DNA of 64,000 bases, taken from assembly GCA_039096225.1 (NCBI GenBank), contig JBBPEB010000003.1, positions 1 to 64,000 on the forward strand. The letters are read 5' to 3'. The translations under genes and the position numbers were made by a program. The stretch's first letter is position 1; each line of letters begins with the position of its first letter. Below are positions 15,913 to 31,022 of this stretch, one piece after another. This DNA comes from Blastocystis sp. Blastoise. Lineage: Eukaryota > Protista > Bigyra: Opalinata. The notes beneath the pieces are model-generated. The model saw only the letters and a program-made list of their open reading frames with translations. It did no database searches and had not been told where the DNA came from.

Positions 15913-18614
15913 ATGGATACTGAACAAAAGGTATTTACTTACAGTATTTGTATAATGTGTAGTATGTCAATTTAATTCGTGTTTTGGTTTCTGAATTTGT
16001 TCAAAAAGCCAAATCTGGACATCCTGGTGGTTCTATGGGAGGTGCTCCTATTGCTCATACTCTTTATTCTAAGGTTATGAATTATAATCCTAAGGATGCT
16101 CATTGGTACAACCGTGATCGTTTTGTCTTATCTAATGGTCATTGTAGTTCTCTCCAATATGTTATGCTCCATCTTTGTGGTTTTGATGTATATATCTTTA
16201 TTTATATTGACTATTATTCGTAATATTTTTAAATTTAATTGATTTTTTTTAAATTTTAAGCAAATTTTACCAAATAATCATTTTTTTTTGTTAAATATTT
16301 TCAATAATATATATATTTAATATATATTGAATATAAAATAAAAAATATTTATGATTCTATATATAGGTAAGTGTTGAAGATTTAAAGAATTTCCGTCAAT
16401 TAGGTTCTAAGACTCCTGGTCATCCTGAAGTTCATGTAACTGATGGAGTTGAAGTATCTACTGGTCCTCTTGGTCAAGGTATTTGTAATGCTATTGGTAT
16501 GGCTGTTGCTGAGAAACAATTAGCTGCTAAGTTTAATAAGGAAGGATATCCTGTTTTTGATAATTTCATTTATGCTATGTGTGGTGATGGTTGTCTTGAA
16601 GAAGGTATTAGTGCTGAAGCTGCTTCTTTTGCTGGTCATTTAGGTTTAGGTAATGTTATTGTTCTTTATGATGATAATAATATTACTATTGATGGTGGTA
16701 CTGATCTTACTTTCTCTGATAATACTCTTATGAGATTCGAATCGTATGGTTGGCATGTACAATCTGTTGAACAAGGTAATACTGATTTAGAAGGTATTTA
16801 CAAAGCTATTGAAGAAGCTAAACGTGTTACTGACAAGTAGGTGTTGATGTTATATGTTTATTTTAATTATATATATATATATATATATTACATTATATTT
16901 ATTATATTTTTTTTATTTATTATGTTTTTTTTTTAATAAATAAATTTTCATAAAAATTATTAATAAATTTAATATATGAATTATTAACTTTATAGACCTT
17001 CCATTATTTCAGTTCATACTGCTATTGGTTATGGTTGTCCTTTAGAAGGTAGTTCTTCTTGTCATGGTGCTCCTCTTGGTTGGGATAAGATTGAAGCTAC
17101 TTTAAAGACCTTTGGAATTGAGAATCATGAACCTTATTCTATTCCTGAAGATATGAAAGAATATTATCTTGAAGCTGGTCAACATGGTATGACTAAATAT
17201 AATGAATGGACTGAAATGATGAAACGTTATGAACAAGCTTATCCTGAATTATATAAGGAATTAAAGAGACGTTTTAATGGTGAATTTATTGAAGGATGGG
17301 AAGATCATTTACCTGTATATGCTTCTACTGAAAAAGATGTTGCCACTCGTAGTACTTCAGGTAAAGTACTTAATTATTTAGCTGCTCAATATGAAGAAAT
17401 CAGTGGTGGTTCTGCTGATCTTACTCCTTCTAATAATACCAATCTTACTTGTACTTGTTCTTTCTCTAAAGATCATCCTGAAGGTAGATATATTCACTTT
17501 GGTATTCGTGAACATGCTATGGGAGCTATTTGTAATGGTATGTATGCCTTTGGAGGTATGAGACCTTTCTGTGCTACTTTCTTTACTTTTACTTGTTATA
17601 TGATGGGAGCTATTCGTATGAGTGCCATTCAAAAGTTCCCTGTCTTATATATTATGACTCATGATTCTATTGGTATGCTTTTTATATATTATATTTTTAT
17701 TTATTAAAATAATATTTATTATTTATTAAAATCATATTTATTATTTATTAAAATAATATTTATTATAAAATATTTATTATTTATTAAAATAATATTTATT
17801 ATAAAATATTTATTATTTATTAAAATAATATTTATTATAAAATATTTATTATTTATTAAAATAATATTTATTATAAAATATTTATTATTTATTAAAATCA
17901 TATTTATTAGTTATTAAAATCATATTTATTATTTATTATAAAAATTATAAAACAATAATAATAATAATACTATTTATTATAGGTGTTGGTGAAGATGGTC
18001 CTACTCATCAACCTATTGAACATATGGAACAAATTCGTGCTATGCCTAATATCTATATGATTCGTCCTGCTGATGCTAATGAAACTGTAGGTGCTTATGC
18101 CTTCTACATGAAATCTCAATATCCAGTTGTTCTTGGTCTTTCTCGTCAAAATCTTCCTATCTTACCTGGCTCTAATAAAGATAATGTTGCTAAGGGTGCT
18201 TATATTGTTGATGATTGTGAAGGTAAACCTGATCTTATTCTTATTGGTACTGGCTCTGAAGTCTCTCTCTGTTGTAATGCTAAGAAACTTATTACTGATC
18301 TTAAAGTCCGTGTTGTCTCTATGCCTTGTTGTAAACTCTATGATCAACAAAGTATGGAATATAAACAATCTTTATTCCCTGACAATACTCCTATTATGGC
18401 TGTTGAAGCTGCTTCTCCTTCTGGTTGGAATAAATATGCTCATGTTGTCTATGCTATTCAATCCTTTGGTGTTTCTGCTCCTGCTAAAGATGTTTTCAAT
18501 TATTTCCATTTCACTCCTGAAGAAGTTGCTACTACTGCTATTAATATGAAGAAATTCTATAATGATAAACAAGTTCCTTCTCTCACTAATGTTTTCGTTC
18601 CTTCTTTCAATTAA
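15913..18614 (+). CDS. TKT: Transketolase, 5 exons
   Basis: [19 protein letters not shown], ThDP motif GDGCLEEG...[33 protein letters not shown]. Confidence 0.98.
17719..17900. repeat. 39-bp tandem repeat inside transketolase intron 4
   Basis: The repeated unit is visible as the 13-aa periodicity of the spurious ORF 17719..17901. Confidence 0.85.
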
Positions 18615-19386
18615 AAAAATCAATATTTATATTAAACTTTTCTTATTCTTTGTTTTCTTTTCTATTTATTTGTGTATTTATTTTATTCTTGTTTTTATAA
18701 ATTATATCTATTTTATGAATGGATAAAATGGATTTCTATATATATCTCATATATATGTTATTATGTTTTTTTTTTAAATTCTTATTTTTTTTCTACTTTA
18801 ATTCCTTTGTGAAGTTTATCCAATTTGTTTTACTATCCAATTTTATTATTTATATTAACATTATTTTTTTTTTAAGAAATAAATTATAAATACACTTTCA
18901 ACAGACAATCAATTAATCTTAAACAAATGAATCGCATAATATAATGAATTTTAATGCAATTAAAAAAGCCAAGAATATGACATTCATCAACATAATCGTC
19001 TAAATATACATATTCTACATAATTCTTATTCTTTTTATTCTCATATACTTTTCTCTATTCTATATCTATTCATTAAATATATGATGAAAACTTGATAGAA
19101 ACAATAATAAACAAATATAAAAAAAAGATTTAAAAAAATTGTTTTATTCACGGTTATATCAATTAACAAGAAACTCACTATTCATGAGAATTCTTCTTTT
19201 ATACAGAGAATCTCATTGATTCACATGGTTTTTATTTTTTTCTTTGTTATTTTTCTACATATGGAGAAATCATGGGTTTTTTCTCTTCAATTAGAAATAT
19301 AGACTTATTTGATTGATTTCTTACTAATTCTTTCATTAACAAAGTATTTCATATTTATTTTATAATACTCCTATGTATCTATAGAA

Positions 19387-19743
19387 ATGGCTGATCCTAA
19401 GATGAATAACCCTAATGTTTTCCTTAAAGAAGATGGTAATGTTGCTCCTGAAAACAGAACCAAGTTCCTTCTTGCTGCTGAAGAACAAGCTAAAGAAAGA
19501 ATTGTTAATATCGAAACCTTAAACATCTTACGTGAAAGAGTTCGTCAATGTTATAGAAAAGAAGGTATATTCCTAAAGATATAAACACTCATTCTACTCT
19601 TATTCTATTCATAATTATCGAAATATAATCTATTCTATAACTATTCTTTAGGTGTCAATCATTATGAAAATTGCAAAGAATATACTCAAGCTTATTTAAA
19701 TATGTTAGATAAACTTCATTTAAATTTAGTTCCTAAAAATTAA
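19387..19743 (+). CDS. NDUFB10: Complex I accessory subunit NDUFB10 (PDSW)-like
   Basis: The spliced product has ILRERVRQCYRKEGVNHYENCKEYTQAYL, the conserved C-Y-x-x-E-G-V-N-H-x-E-N-C motif. One intron. Confidence 0.88.
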
Positions 19744-21042
19744 TCGCCAATTATCATAATCATATATAATATATATATATATATATAGTATTTATTTATA
19801 TATATAATTGATTCTACACTTTTTCTTGCATTTCCTTTAACTTTTTTTTTTATTTATAAATATACGTAATCCATAAAATATTATACAATAATGTATTCAT
19901 TATATTGTTTCATTATTTTTTAATTCTATATTTTTTTAATTATATAAAAAACTTATTAAAGAATACCATGCATTTTATTTTTGTAATTAATTCTGACCTG
20001 CTTAACATCCTAATATATACATTTTTCAAAATTATAGACCACATTCTACTAGTTTATGATAAAGATGAGTTCTCATTTACACATATATAACATTTACATT
20101 AATATATGTGTAAAACAAAATATTTATTTAACAATATGCTATAATTATTCTCTTGATTATGGACCAGAACTCTTCAAGATCCCAACTAATTCTCTTATTT
20201 TATGTTCATATCATTTGCATCGTTTTCTCAATATCATATATTGAATCATACTTATCAACAAACAACATATAATGACAATATTCTGAAGTTCCACAATCAA
20301 TCATGTATCTTTATCATTAAAAACATATAATTCTTTAGATATCCTATTATATCTACATTCATCTTATTTTATAACGAACAATCAATAACGTATCACTAAA
20401 ACTATAAAAAAAAAAGGTTTTTGTCTAATATCTGTGAAATCGTGATTATTATCATGCTTTAACTGTAAATCCAAAGATATTTATGAATATTCAAAACATT
20501 TTTATTTTTTAAAAATCATTTTCCGAAAATGATTGTTCTAGTTCCTTATCCTTGTAACCTATTTTATTTTAAAAATCACATATATAAACTCCACTAATAA
20601 AAGTGTATAATAAGATAGTTTTAACTATAGTATTTTTAAAAATATAAGTAATTGAATAAAATTTTTCTTCCATTGGAATACTTTACTATAATACAAGTTT
20701 ATAAAGCAAATTGAGAATTAAAATACATAAATAAAAAAAAAACATCAAAGAATAATTAATTACAAGAAGACAACCATAAAACAAAATTGAGAATGCTTTT
20801 TTTTTTTGGATGAACTACCATTTTTATTTATATTTTTCGTTAACTTGAAATTCACTAAATAGTAAATATTCATTATTCTTTTATATATCTTCTTCATCTA
20901 AATAATATAGAATATATAATTTGAATTAATTAGAAATATCTAAGTAAATACAAATTAAAACTAGATTACAAAGTATTATTTCTTCTGAATTCTTGCTTCT
21001 ATATATTTAAACAGTATCTGCTTATATAGATACCCCTATAAT

Positions 21043-24000
21043 ATGAGTGATTATCCTCATCGTCCTTCTCGTGTTGATGCTGAATTGTATTTTTTATATG
21101 ACTTTTTATTTACTGAAAATAATCTTTCTTCTAGATATCAAGCACCTGTACCCTCTATCAATACATTAAAGAAGAAGATATTACTAAATAAAAGTAATGT
21201 TCAAGAAAATGCTTCTCGACTTTGCTTACGTGTTGTTCGAGATGATATTACAAAAACTTGGGATCCAGACTATCTAGATGATAACAATGAAAAGGATGTA
21301 TGATTCTTTTATGTATCTACTTATATTAATTAGTTGGAACAATTAAAACAATATATTCAACATTTATATGGAATATCTAATGATGATTGTCTTTGTCATA
21401 ATGTATATATTCTTATAGATATAATGAACATAAAATAATATTATTTATCTTTAGCAAATTGATCAACTTGCCTACGATCTAATTGGAAAGTAAATAAATT
21501 TCTTTAATTTATGCTATAAATAAGAATTATCATTAAATTCTTTATTAATTTATAACTATCTAGACATAAAGGAAATGTTGAAGCAGCTCGACTTGAATTA
21601 GATATTAGTTGTAGTGGAAATATTGCATCAAAATACTTATGTGAAGAATATTTACCTAAAATCAATCCTTATCGTATTCCAAAAAACAAAGTATTTTCAT
21701 CATTATTGTTTTTATTAAAGAATATTTATATAGAATGGTGAAGAAATTATAGATAAAGATAGTGTTGCCATGCACAAGTATTTCATTTTTAATATCTAAG
21801 AATTTTTAAATATTTTTTATGGATCAACTGTTTTTTATTTTTTTTTTGTTTTATTCTCTTCATTAAAATAAAATAATTCTACAAATATTAAAATCATTTT
21901 AGTGATTGGAATCGTTGGAAGGAAGAAATGAATGATATTTTTAGTGTTTCTCATCCTGATTATTTGTGTATAAAACAATTATTCGATGAGGTATATATAA
22001 TTTATATATTAGCAATGCTTTTGAATAATCAGGGATAGATGTTCTTATCTATTATTGTTTATTATCGTTTTTTTTTGTTTTTTTTAAATATCCTTCTAAT
22101 AATATATATTATTAAATGAATTCTATTTATAATAAAAAGGATGCTCTCTTTAGGCTCGTCAGTTATTACTCGCAAATAATGTCGCGTCTACACGTATAAT
22201 TAGTTATGTTCATCGCATACAGGGGATCGTTAATGATGTCAATAAATGGATATGCAAAATTGAAGACTTATTTACTGGTATATATATTTATTATTATATT
22301 TATTATATTTATTATATTTATTATATTTATTATATTTATTATTTTTATTATATTTATTATATTTATTATTATATTTATTATTATATTTATTATTATATTT
22401 ATTATATTTTAATATTTATTATATTTATTATTATATTTTAATATTTATTATATTTATTATTATATTTTAATTTTTTTTATTATTTATTTATTATTAATTT
22501 TTTAAATTTTTTTTTAAATTCTTATTTCAAATATATTATTGGTTTTCATTTCTTATGATCTTCTTTATTCAGCGGACCACGTGACATCTTCCCAATTAGC
22601 TTCTCTTCTCAAGAGTGCGTCAACCTTACCTTGTCAAGTACCTTATGTTTCCATTCTTAAGTCGATGCTATCGGATGAAACTACGCTTTTAAATCAATTA
22701 AAGAAAAAGTATGTATATATATAATCACATATTATTATATTCTCTATATTATTATAATATATATATAGTGTTGATGAAGAAATTCCTCTTTGTGTATTAT
22801 CTTATATAATAAATCAAATTAATAAAGATCCTATTCATGATCATCCATCACGAAATAACCACGGGGAGTCTCATGAAGGAACATCTATTGTATTGAGATC
22901 TAGTCGTTTAAATAATAAAGATACTAATAATAAAGATAATAATAATAAAGATAATAATAATAATAATATCTCAGATAATAATAATAATAATATCTCAGAT
23001 AATAATAATCAAATAAATACACCATCTACTATTGTTCGATGTAATCCTTATCGAAAAAGTCGAATTCCCGCGGGAGAAGACGCGTCTAAGGAACCAGAAA
23101 ATATCACCCCTCGATCTAAAGATGATGACACACCATTGACAATTATGCTACCACGTGATACAGGTGAGGGATTAGATTTAGATATCGTGATAGAAGAGGA
23201 GACAGAAGAACGTACGGGTATTCACGATGAGTTGAAACGAAAGATGAAAGAACGATATTTCCGAGGTATTCGATTTCGACAGAAAATACTCGAATTACCA
23301 AGAAAACATAAGAAAGTATATATTCTATTTTATTTAGAAATATTTATTATATTCTCTATTTATATTATTTATTTACCTTTTCTTTTAGTTTATTCTCTAT
23401 TTATATTATTTATTTACCTTTTCGTTTAGTTTATTCTATATTTATATTATTTATTTACCTTTTCGTTTAGTTTATTCTCTATTTATATTATTTATTTACC
23501 TTTTCTATTATTATATTCTCTATTTATATTATTTATTTACCTTTTCGTTTAGTTTATTCTATATTTATATTATTTATTTACCTTTTCGTTTAGTTTATTC
23601 TATATTTATTTATAGAGTAAAATGACTATTACTGAATTAAATCGTTTAGTTAAAGAAGTATATATATATATTATATACTATATATATTATATATTATATA
23701 TTATATATATAGTATACATTATTGAAGACACCCTTTGTAGAAATGGAGGAATTACTTGTTTTGAAAGAGAAAGCGGATCTATTTAAAAGTCAATTTAATG
23801 CCTTTAAAGAAGGGACTACTATGGATTTAGAAACAGTTAAACAACTGAAACAAGAAGCAGATCAATTCCCCGTGATTATCAACGATTTCGATGAAGCACT
23901 TCAAGTATTCTTTTTTTTATACATCGATGATTTATATTATTATTCTATTATATTTTATTATTAATATTATAAATATTATAAATATTATAAATATTATAAA

Positions 24001-24194
24001 CATTTATATAATAATATTTATATAGATTCAAATTACTCGATTAGAAAAATATCAAACACATATTACTAATCTTATAAAAACCGCGGGAATTGAAGAGTTT
24101 ATTGAAGGAACAAGATTATTCCCTTCGGATGAACCTTTTGTATTCCCACGGGGAAAAAAAACTTTTATATGATGATTTAGTAACTCTTGTGAAT

Positions 24195-24265
<71 letters not shown>

Positions 24266-24363
24266 TTATTTATAGGGTAAAGAGATGAAAGTGAAAACAA
24301 CAGATTTCCTTAAATTGAAAGCATTTTTAGATAAAATTGTATATATAGTATAGTATAGTATAG

Positions 24364-24395
<32 letters not shown>

Positions 24396-27300
24396 ACTAA
24401 ATGGAAGGATAGTTTCATCAATAAAATTCAATCCAATTCTATATTTACAGATGTATATATATATATTATATATATTTTATTATTAATCATATATATATAC
24501 TTAATGATATCTATCTTAGGATCCCAACATCTTTACTCAGTACGAAACACAATTAAAGTCGTTACCACTTGTTCTTCCTGAAGGTCGTTTGCTCACATGC
24601 ATAGCACATTATCATGAGTGGAAAGATCGATATAATCACGTGATGGAAATCGCTAAAGAGAATAATGTTACGGAATTAAATGACTTTAAACGGTTATTAA
24701 AACAAATAACTGATATAAAGAATACAATTCCTAAAGATTTACGAGTTCAAGTATATATATATACTATTATATATATAGAATATCATTTGTATATATATAG
24801 TATAATTTATATTTTTCAGAAGAAAATATATTGAAAGAAAAAATCAAAATTACTGACCAATGGAGAAAACAAGTATATATATATATACTTATCAATAATA
24901 ACTATCTATTTTATAGTGCCGTCAAGTATTGGAGGGAAGTAAGCCCGCCAAAGAAGATCTGGAGACTCTTTTAGAACAAGAACTTGAAACGGGTATCATA
25001 GATACGCGATATGTATATATATTCTATATTATGTAATATATATGCTTATTCTACTATTATAATCTATACTTATACTATAAATAATAATTATTATACTATT
25101 CTCACATACTATTCATATATTATGTATAGATAATCAATATATATTATCCTTATTAAATATTTATTTGTTATATCTATAGCATCGCCGTTTGCTTCGGTTA
25201 AAGCATATTACAGAGGAGTGGGGGTCTCTTTTGGAATACTATTCCACAAAGAAGAGACAGGATCCTGTTCCTACTCTTTATTATTTAGACGTTACAGGGC
25301 GTTTAATTCCGGAGGTAACGGAAGATATGGATCCCTATCATGACTGTCCAATACCCAATGAATCGAATAGCGTTCCTCATGATATTCTTCATAATCCTAT
25401 AGATATAGATGACGTTAGTGATTATGGAAATACTGTTTCACGAACAACTTCCACTGCTTATATTGATGAACAAAGTAGTATTACTGAATCAATCATTTCC
25501 CGCGGGGATATACCTAAAACTGAGTCTATTACTAGTGACAAAAACAAATCGTATGGAAACCAAGAAACTGATAGTATTTCTGAAAATAACCACGGGAATG
25601 TAGAGAATGATGATGACAATGATGATCGTATATATATATATTTTTTTATAAATTTTTTTTATATAAATTTTTTTTGATTTTTTATTTTTTTGTTTTTTAT
25701 TTAATATATATAAATATAAATATATATAGGATTTTATTATACAACTATTCGTCAATTTAGTCGATCTTTGACCTCTCTCCCCGTGGTTATTCCAACAAAT
25801 AAAAAGCAATTGTATGTATTATAATAATTCTCTTTATATCACATATATATTTTTAAGGTTAAAACATTTTTATATTTTCATGTTTTTTTTTTACTCTTAT
25901 TTGAAATACAATATATATATATATATAGATATCTTATATGATTATTTATATATTAATTTATATGATTCTATATAGATCTTTGACCGAATGTGACCAATGG
26001 TCATCACGTGCTAAACCGTACTTAGTGAGTGACGCCACTAAAAGTGACAGTTGTTTTAATAAATGGGGTAGTTATGAAGATGTATCGACGTTATTAGAAC
26101 AAGAACTACTTCTTCCTTATAAAATGGATAATTATCAACATGTACTCAAACAACTCTATGTATATATATATAGTTATATGTAATAATAATAATAATAATT
26201 TGGTTAATAATAATAATAATTTGGTTAATAATAATAATAATAATAATAATAAATATATATATAGTTATATAATAATAAATTTATATGACTTTGATTCTAT
26301 ATAGGAGAGAAGCAATAGTTGGTATCAACGCGCCAAAGACACTATGGAGGAATTATTTCCCGCTATTCAAGCTATTATATCTAATGAGAAATTTCGTATA
26401 TAATTATAAATAAAAATTTAAATAGAATAAGAATTATCAATATAAGAATATATACTATTAATATATATATATATATAGCTTATAATGATGAATATGATGT
26501 TCCTCTTCCCGGGGTTATACCTGATTTCCCTCCAACTTCATTCGATATTCCTATCAGCCAATCAGCGCACGAAGAATTAGAACGGAACACGTGCTATCAG
26601 TCCGTATTAAATGTGTTTTTTACTGAAGACGATGAAGAAGAGGAAGAAAATAATAATAAAGATGATAAAGACAATAATAATAAAAATGATAATAAAAAAG
26701 AAGATGATAATGAAAATGAGAAAGATATTAATAATGAAAATGAAAATAAAGAGATCAATTCAAATGAAATACAATTGAAACAAAACGACGTGTTATTTGA
26801 TAATTCTACTATTCGTTGGAACACTATTCCCGAATACATACATTCTTTAAACGATGGAAGCTTAGAATCTAGTAATTATTCATTTATCTTATTTGATAGA
26901 ACAATTGATACACAAAATATTACTATGAATGGTATATATATATATATATATATTATATTATATATATATATAGATTTATCTTATTGTTACTATGTCATGT
27001 CGAACAATCAAATGTTATATACTGATATTTGTACACATTTTGAACCTCTTTTATCTCTATATAAACAACGTCTACAAGTATATATATATATATATATATA
27101 TATTTCTCTCACTCTATATATATAATATATTGTTTAAACTTATATATATAGGTATTATTATCAGATATGGATAGTATTCCTATTCATCCATGGATTGAAA
27201 CGACTATCGAAACACTATTACCTGTTATAGAAACACTATTACAATGTTGTGATATTCCTAAACAGAAATATTCATGTTCTAAAGTGAAAGAATTTATTGA

Positions 27301-27558
27301 TATACTACAAGATTATCGATATAATATGATTTGCAGATTTATGCCTCATTTGATTGGTCTATTTCTTGGACCTCTTCTTCAGCTTGAAAAGGCGTGGGGA
27401 CCCGTTACCGCCAATTTTAAACGCGCGCGCGAACCCTATTCTCTTGAAGAAGGCACTTTCTTAATAAAATGGGTATATATATATATATTTATTTGTATTG
27501 TAATAATAATAATAATATATATATATATATATATTTGTATTGTAATAATAATAATATA

Positions 27559-27589
<31 letters not shown>

Positions 27590-28064
27590 TATATATATAT
27601 ATATTTGTATTGTAATAATAATAATATATATATATATAATAATAATAATAATAATATATATATAATAATAATATATAGTATGATCAGTCGTATATTAATA
27701 CTGCTTATAAGAGTTCATTTACTACGAAATATAATGCGTATTGTTCTTGGAAAAATGAAGTTACAAGACAATTAAGAAGAGCTACGAAGTATATAGTCTA
27801 TTTATATTCTATTATAATAATATATATTTTCTATTTTATAAATTTTATTTTGTGTAAAATTATATCATATTTTATATTATTCTATTATATAATCTATATA
27901 GTGGCCAAAAGATTGATATTTCCAAATATATTAAATTAGGAAAGGCTTGTATTATTAATGTATATATTATAACGACTATAATTATAATCATAGTCATAAT
28001 ATTATATATATATATATAGGATAAAGAACAGATGAATATACTCTCAAATTATAAACCTAAATTT

Positions 28065-28101
<37 letters not shown>

Positions 28102-31022
28102 ATTATAATAAAACATAACTTAATATATATATATATATAGATGGAACCTCCAAAGAAAACAATTCAGTTAGAATCTGTTAAAACAAATGTTCGTAAAACA
28201 TCAGTACAATCTAATGAGTCCCAAATAAATCGAATTCAAAAGAATAATATTGTGAATTCAGTACAGAATACTATTTCAGAATCCATGATAATCCCTCAAA
28301 CCCTCATCCCTTCCATCTCAATCTCATCTGAGAACCATCAATCAAATCCAATAAATAACACAAATACATCTTCAGCATATGCATCTGCACGTGATGCTCC
28401 TCTTCCAATCCAAACGGAAACAATGATTAGCCAATCAAATGATCATTCTTCTTTCTCTATACCCTTACAAGAAGAATCTAATTACGCTAGAATATTTTCT
28501 ACCCCACTTTTAGAAAGTCAGGAAATAGCTTCACTTCAACATACTAGATCTTCAGAACTCCCAATACACGATTATATACATACTGATACTACTTCTGTAT
28601 ATATATATATAATATAAAATATACTATTCATATTTATTATTATTAATAATATATATATATATATTAGAATACGGGGATTTGTATTTGTCAATCTTCACAT
28701 GATAATAGTTATATTATTCATTGCAATCATTGTCATGAAATGTATATATATATATATGTTTTTATTTTTTTTTAATTTATTTATAATATTTATTATATTT
28801 ATAATATTTATTATATTTATTCTATTTATTCTATTTATTCTATTTATTCTATTTATTATATTTATTATATTTATTCTATTTATTATATTTATTCTATTTA
28901 TTATATTTATAATATTTATTATATTTATTCTATTTAAAATATGTATTATATATTATTAACTTATTATATATACCATATATAATATTTTTATAATGAAAAT
29001 CTATATATCTAGTTATCATTCCGATTGTATGAATATATCGGATGACAAAGAAATCAGTACTTTCATTTGTCCTCGTTGCATTGCTCGTCTTTCCATTCAT
29101 TCTTTGCGTGAAACTGCCTTCTCTCTCTTAGCTACATCTCTTGCTCCTTCGATTTCTGCTGACACAATAATCATGGGAATTCAAACAATAAATGATTCTG
29201 TGAATGATACTTCTTTTAATATGTATTCTTATCCTCATTATATATATCAAACACTTGAAGAGAATCAACTTAGTCCTCTTTCTACTGTTAATCCCAAAGA
29301 TGCACATTTCCCCACAAAACACGTGACTCTATCAACTAATGACCAATTAAAATGCTCAGATCCTGAAATTGATTCAAATTCTATTATTATTCCTATTTAT
29401 AATAATTTTGATTGGTTTATTCAAGGATACAATTTACTTGTTTCTTATAATAATATTCTTAAAAACTATTCACGTAAACATAATCGCTATTACATTCCTT
29501 CCCAACTACAAGAATTAGCAGATATTGCAGACCAACTTGGTATATATAATCATCCCCATGTTGTCACTGTAATAAACCTCTTGAAATCCACTATAGCGTA
29601 TTATAATCTAGAAAAACTCTATATTTCGAAGCAACCAATGAGATCCTGGATTCGTACTGATGCATTTGACAGACTTTTAGGTGTTGATAATGATACTATG
29701 TTCACTTTTGTACACAATGTATCTATTATAACCGATATCTTGTTGTTTAATTATTAGTTGTACTTTTATTTTGTGAACTTTTTTTCTTTTATGTTTTTTT
29801 AATATTATATATTCTCTCCTTTTTCATTTAATATATATATATTTCTTCTCATTTTATGTATTTTTTTTAATTATATAAATATTCTATATTCTATAAATCT
29901 TTATATATATATATTTATAGGTTGTATATCGTGCCAATAAGTGGGAGCGTCGTGTTACAACACTATTAAATTCTCCTCCTCTTCTTCCTTCAACAGATAT
30001 TACAGGTATCTTAGCAGAAATGAATGAATTGAAACAACAATCCTTCTCTATTCCATGCAGTGTATATTATATATATTATAGTCATCTATTTTCTTAAATT
30101 TATATTTCTTATCAATATTACAATATATATGCTGGTATTCTCTATGTAGTCTTTATTTTTATATTATTATTCATATATACTTTATTTGCTTTTTTGTCTC
30201 TCTCTCTATATATATTCTTTTTATTAACTTGACAACTAGTTATTCTTTTTATTTAGCTTCATTCTTTACCGTGGTTATCTGTCGTTATTTCTGATCAATG
30301 TAAACAATATTGTGTGTGTCATGGATATATAAAAGAGCCAAAATATATGATTCAATGTAATCGATGTAAACAACAATATCATATTTCTTGTCTGTATATA
30401 TATATATATTGCTTCATATTCTTTTATTATTCAATAATTGAATATTCTTTTTATATATTTGTTGTTATTAGTTATTTTTTTTAAAATATTAATTTAATAA
30501 TAAATGTAATAAATATAATAAATATAATAAATATAATAAATATATAATAATAATAAATATATAATAATAATATAAAATAAAACATATAATAATAAATATA
30601 TAATAATAATAATAAATATATAATAAATGTAATAATAAATATGCAATAATAATATAAAATAAAACATATAATAATAAATATATAAATAAAAAAAACAAAT
30701 TCTTTCCTATCAAAAAATCCTTACATTGCATTTATTATCATTTAATATATGACAATAATTATACTTTATTCTATAGATCTGATTTCCAGTCGTCTTCATC
30801 ATCTCTGAATGGTTCTGAAAAGGAGTGTAGTTCTCCTCTATCTCGCAATACATTCATATGTAATAACTGCCGTTCTCTCTATTCGAATGATTCCTCTTCA
30901 ATTCAAAGTATACTTATATATATCAATATTTATTGTTTACCTAATTTATAATGTATATATTTATAGCAAAACGATCTATTTTAGAAGATGACCTCAATGC
31001 GAAAAAAAATAAATTAGAATAA
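21043..31022 (+). CDS. Large chromatin protein: ELM2-like N-terminus, PLU-1-like helical repeats, two PHD fingers; many introns
   Basis: ELM2-like SSRYQAPVP...WDP...AYDLIGKHKGNVEAA; repeated helical W-x3-A segments (DQWSSRAK, NKWERRV); PHD fingers CICQ...HCNHCHE-YHSDC...FICPRC and CVCH...MIQCNRCKQQYHISC...FICNNC. There is one apparent frameshift near 24154-24161. Confidence 0.7.
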
